Of a stretch of DNA of 32,000 nt, positions 30,529-32,000 are shown one piece after another. Position numbers and translations under genes: made by a program. Below the pieces are notes generated by a model. The model had not been told where the DNA came from. It worked only from the letters and a program-made list of their open reading frames with translations, and did not search any database. The stretch is from Candidatus Nanosynbacter lyticus (GTDB lineage: Bacteria > Patescibacteriota > Saccharimonadia > Saccharimonadales > Saccharimonadaceae). Location of the stretch: the NCBI RefSeq assembly GCF_030253515.1, contig NZ_CP124549.1, positions 570,001 through 602,000 of the forward strand, in the 5' to 3' direction. How positions within the stretch are numbered: the first letter of the stretch is position 1; each line of letters begins with the position of its first letter.

Positions 30529-32000
30529 ATGTGTGGAATTGTTGGCTATATCGGTGAACGCGAGGCGCAGAATATCCTCGTTGCTGAGCTTAAGCGGCTT
30601 GAGTACCGCGGCTATGACAGTGCCGGAATTGTCACCCTATCGGACTCCGCCACACCAACCCTGCTGCGCACCAAAGGCAAGGTGGCGGCACTGGAAGAGC
30701 TCGTCGGACAACATAAGACGAGCGATACGGTCGGCATCGGACACACCCGCTGGGCAACACATGGTGAACCAAGTAAGCGCAACGCCCATCCACACCACGT
30801 TGGTGAGATTTATCTGGTACATAACGGCATCATTGAGAACTACCAAGACCTTAAAACGATGCTTTCCGGTCATGAGTACGAGTTTAAGAGCGATACCGAT
30901 AGCGAGGTATTGGCGGCCTTGATTGACTATCTGCGGCGTGACTCACCGGATTTACTGACAGCAGTCACCGGCGCATTGAAGATGGTAGTTGGTGCGTATG
31001 GCATTGCGGTACTTGACACCACGAACCCCGAAGAAATTATCGTGGCTCGCCAAGGTAGCCCGTTGATCATTGGCGTCGGAGACGGCGAAACATATATCGC
31101 CAGTGACGCTTCAGCGCTGGTTGGCTACACCAATCAAGTGGTGTATTTGCATGATGGTGAAATTGGTCGCTGTACTCGTAGCGGGCTAGAGTTACAGACA
31201 ATCGAATCGCAAAAGCTTGACGTCAAGATCGAGATGCTCGACATGGATATGCAGGCGATTCAGAAGCAGGGCTTTGACCATTTCCTCGCCAAAGAAATTT
31301 ACGAACAGCCAACCAGCCTTGCAGCGACACTAGCCGGCCGCGTCCTACCCGACCAAAAATATGCGCGCCTGGGCGGTCTCAACATGAGCGATGATGAACT
31401 GCGCCACGTCAAGCACATCATCATCGTTGGCTGCGGCACTGCCTACTTTGCTGGTGTGCAGGCCAGCTACTTTATCGAGCAGCTAACTGATGACGTAACC
31501 ATCAGTGTCGAGATCGCCAGTGAGCTGCGCTACCGCGCATTCAACGTGCCCGAACACTCGGTCGCTATGATCGTTAGCCAGAGTGGTGAGACGGCTGATA
31601 CCCTTGCCTGCCTGAATGAATTGAAGCGACGTGGTGTTAAATGCCTCGGCGTCGTCAACGCCGTCGGCAGTACGATCGCCCGAGCAGTTGATGGCGGCGT
31701 GTACTTGCACGTCGGTGCCGAGATTAGCGTCGCCAGTACCAAGGCCTTTACCTCACAGGTTGCTGCTCTGACGATCTTTGGTATTATGCTCGCCAATGCC
31801 AAGGGTACCAACCCACAATTTATTGATGAATTTGTGCAAGAATTAGCGATACTACCAAGTGAGATCCAAAAAGTCCTTGATAAACAAGGTGCCGAGATAC
31901 CTTCCATCGCTAGGGCGTATGCTGATTACAATCACGCACTCTACATCGGCCGCGATACGCTGTATCCGATTGCCATGGAGGGCGCGCTGAAGCTCAAAGA
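30529..32000 (+). CDS. glmS: Glutamine--fructose-6-phosphate aminotransferase (isomerising), N-terminal ~490 aa; continues past the window end
   Basis: Absent from the ORF track because it has no stop in the window. The ATG at 30529 gives MCGIVGYIGEREAQNILVAELKRLEYRGYDSAG, with the N-terminal Cys nucleophile of a class II GATase. SIS-domain motifs follow (IIVGCGTAYFAG, VAMIVSQSGETADTL). Confidence 0.93.
   Translation, partial: MCGIVGYIGEREAQNILVAELKRLEYRGYDSAGIVTLSDSATPTLLRTKGKVAALEELVGQHKTSDTVGIGHTRWATHGEPSKRNAHPHHVGEIYLVHNGIIENYQDLKTMLSGHEYEFKSDTDSEVLAALIDYLRRDSPDLLTAVTGALKMVVGAYGIAVLDTTNPEEIIVARQGSPLIIGVGDGETYIASDASALVGYTNQVVYLHDGEIGRCTRSGLELQTIESQKLDVKIEMLDMDMQAIQKQGFDHFLAKEIYEQPTSLAATLAGRVLPDQKYARLGGLNMSDDELRHVKHIIIVGCGTAYFAGVQASYFIEQLTDDVTISVEIASELRYRAFNVPEHSVAMIVSQSGETADTLACLNELKRRGVKCLGVVNAVGSTIARAVDGGVYLHVGAEISVASTKAFTSQVAALTIFGIMLANAKGTNPQFIDEFVQELAILPSEIQKVLDKQGAEIPSIARAYADYNHALYIGRDTLYPIAMEGALKLK

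Noticed and set aside
30533-30922. A 129-aa plus-strand ORF listed in the track at the glmS locus.
   Set aside because: It is an out-of-frame shadow of glmS. The frame starting at the ATG at 30529 gives a textbook GlmS N-terminus (MCGIVGYIG) and stays open to the window end.
1-32000. Alternative genetic code (UGA recoded, as in some candidate-phyla lineages).
   Set aside because: TGA terminates gatB, gatA, the HEPN-like ORF, the tkt N-subunit and rpiB at exactly the expected protein lengths and at ATGA/TGATG coupling junctions. This shows the standard code 11 is in use.
1-32000. CRISPR arrays, tRNA or rRNA genes, insertion sequences, integrases, prophage or defence-island signatures.
   Set aside because: I see no direct-repeat/spacer periodicity and no cloverleaf-compatible sequence in any intergenic gap. 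There are no transposase, integrase or recombinase-like ORFs, and no terminal inverted repeats. Almost all sequence is accounted for by conserved genes.

Overview
This 32 kb window is a densely coding chromosomal segment with about 31 CDS and short intergenic gaps. I found no rRNA, tRNA, CRISPR array, transposase, integrase or prophage signature. It uses the standard genetic code: TGA serves as a true stop at several precisely overlapping gene junctions.

The gene content suggests a reduced-genome, Gram-positive-type bacterium, plausibly Candidatus Saccharibacteria (TM7) or another Patescibacteria lineage. That assignment is an inference from protein sequences and gene repertoire; no search was run.

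Recognisable genes:
- A gatC-gatA-X-gatB-nudix operon.
- uvrB.
- A LOG-family gene.
- A class II fructose-bisphosphate aldolase, PfkB kinase and unknown-protein operon.
- A complete non-oxidative pentose-phosphate operon (rpiB, rpe-like, split transketolase).
- A membrane-anchored DUF1524/HNH nuclease divergent from aminopeptidase N.
- An RNase HII-YraN fusion.
- rplS, malic enzyme, a PilB/GspE ATPase, a SpoU/TrmH methyltransferase and a secreted FG-GAP protein.
- A stand-alone rpsJ, L-lactate dehydrogenase, tuf and the 5' part of glmS.

Most of this is ordinary housekeeping. The observations I consider worth follow-up are:
1. A consistent promoter architecture in which ten genes carry a (TGn)TATAAT-type -10 box exactly 6-7 nt upstream of the ATG, implying leaderless mRNAs. 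One case is a palindromic ATTATAAT core serving two divergent genes in a 20 bp gap. Ribosomal, translation-factor and several surface genes instead have long leaders and strong Shine-Dalgarno sites.
2. A membrane-anchored HEPN/DUF4145-like protein, with a textbook RNxxxH motif, translationally coupled between gatA and gatB.
3. A 615 aa protein with a PilX-type pilin-like N-terminus fused to a beta-propeller-like body. It is coupled to an unknown polytopic membrane protein, and an orphan PilB ATPase lacking the tetracysteine motif lies 17 kb away.
4. An rnhB-yraN gene fusion.
5. rpsJ detached from the rest of the S10 operon, with its own promoter, structured leader and terminator.

All family calls come from motifs read in the translations and none is database-verified.
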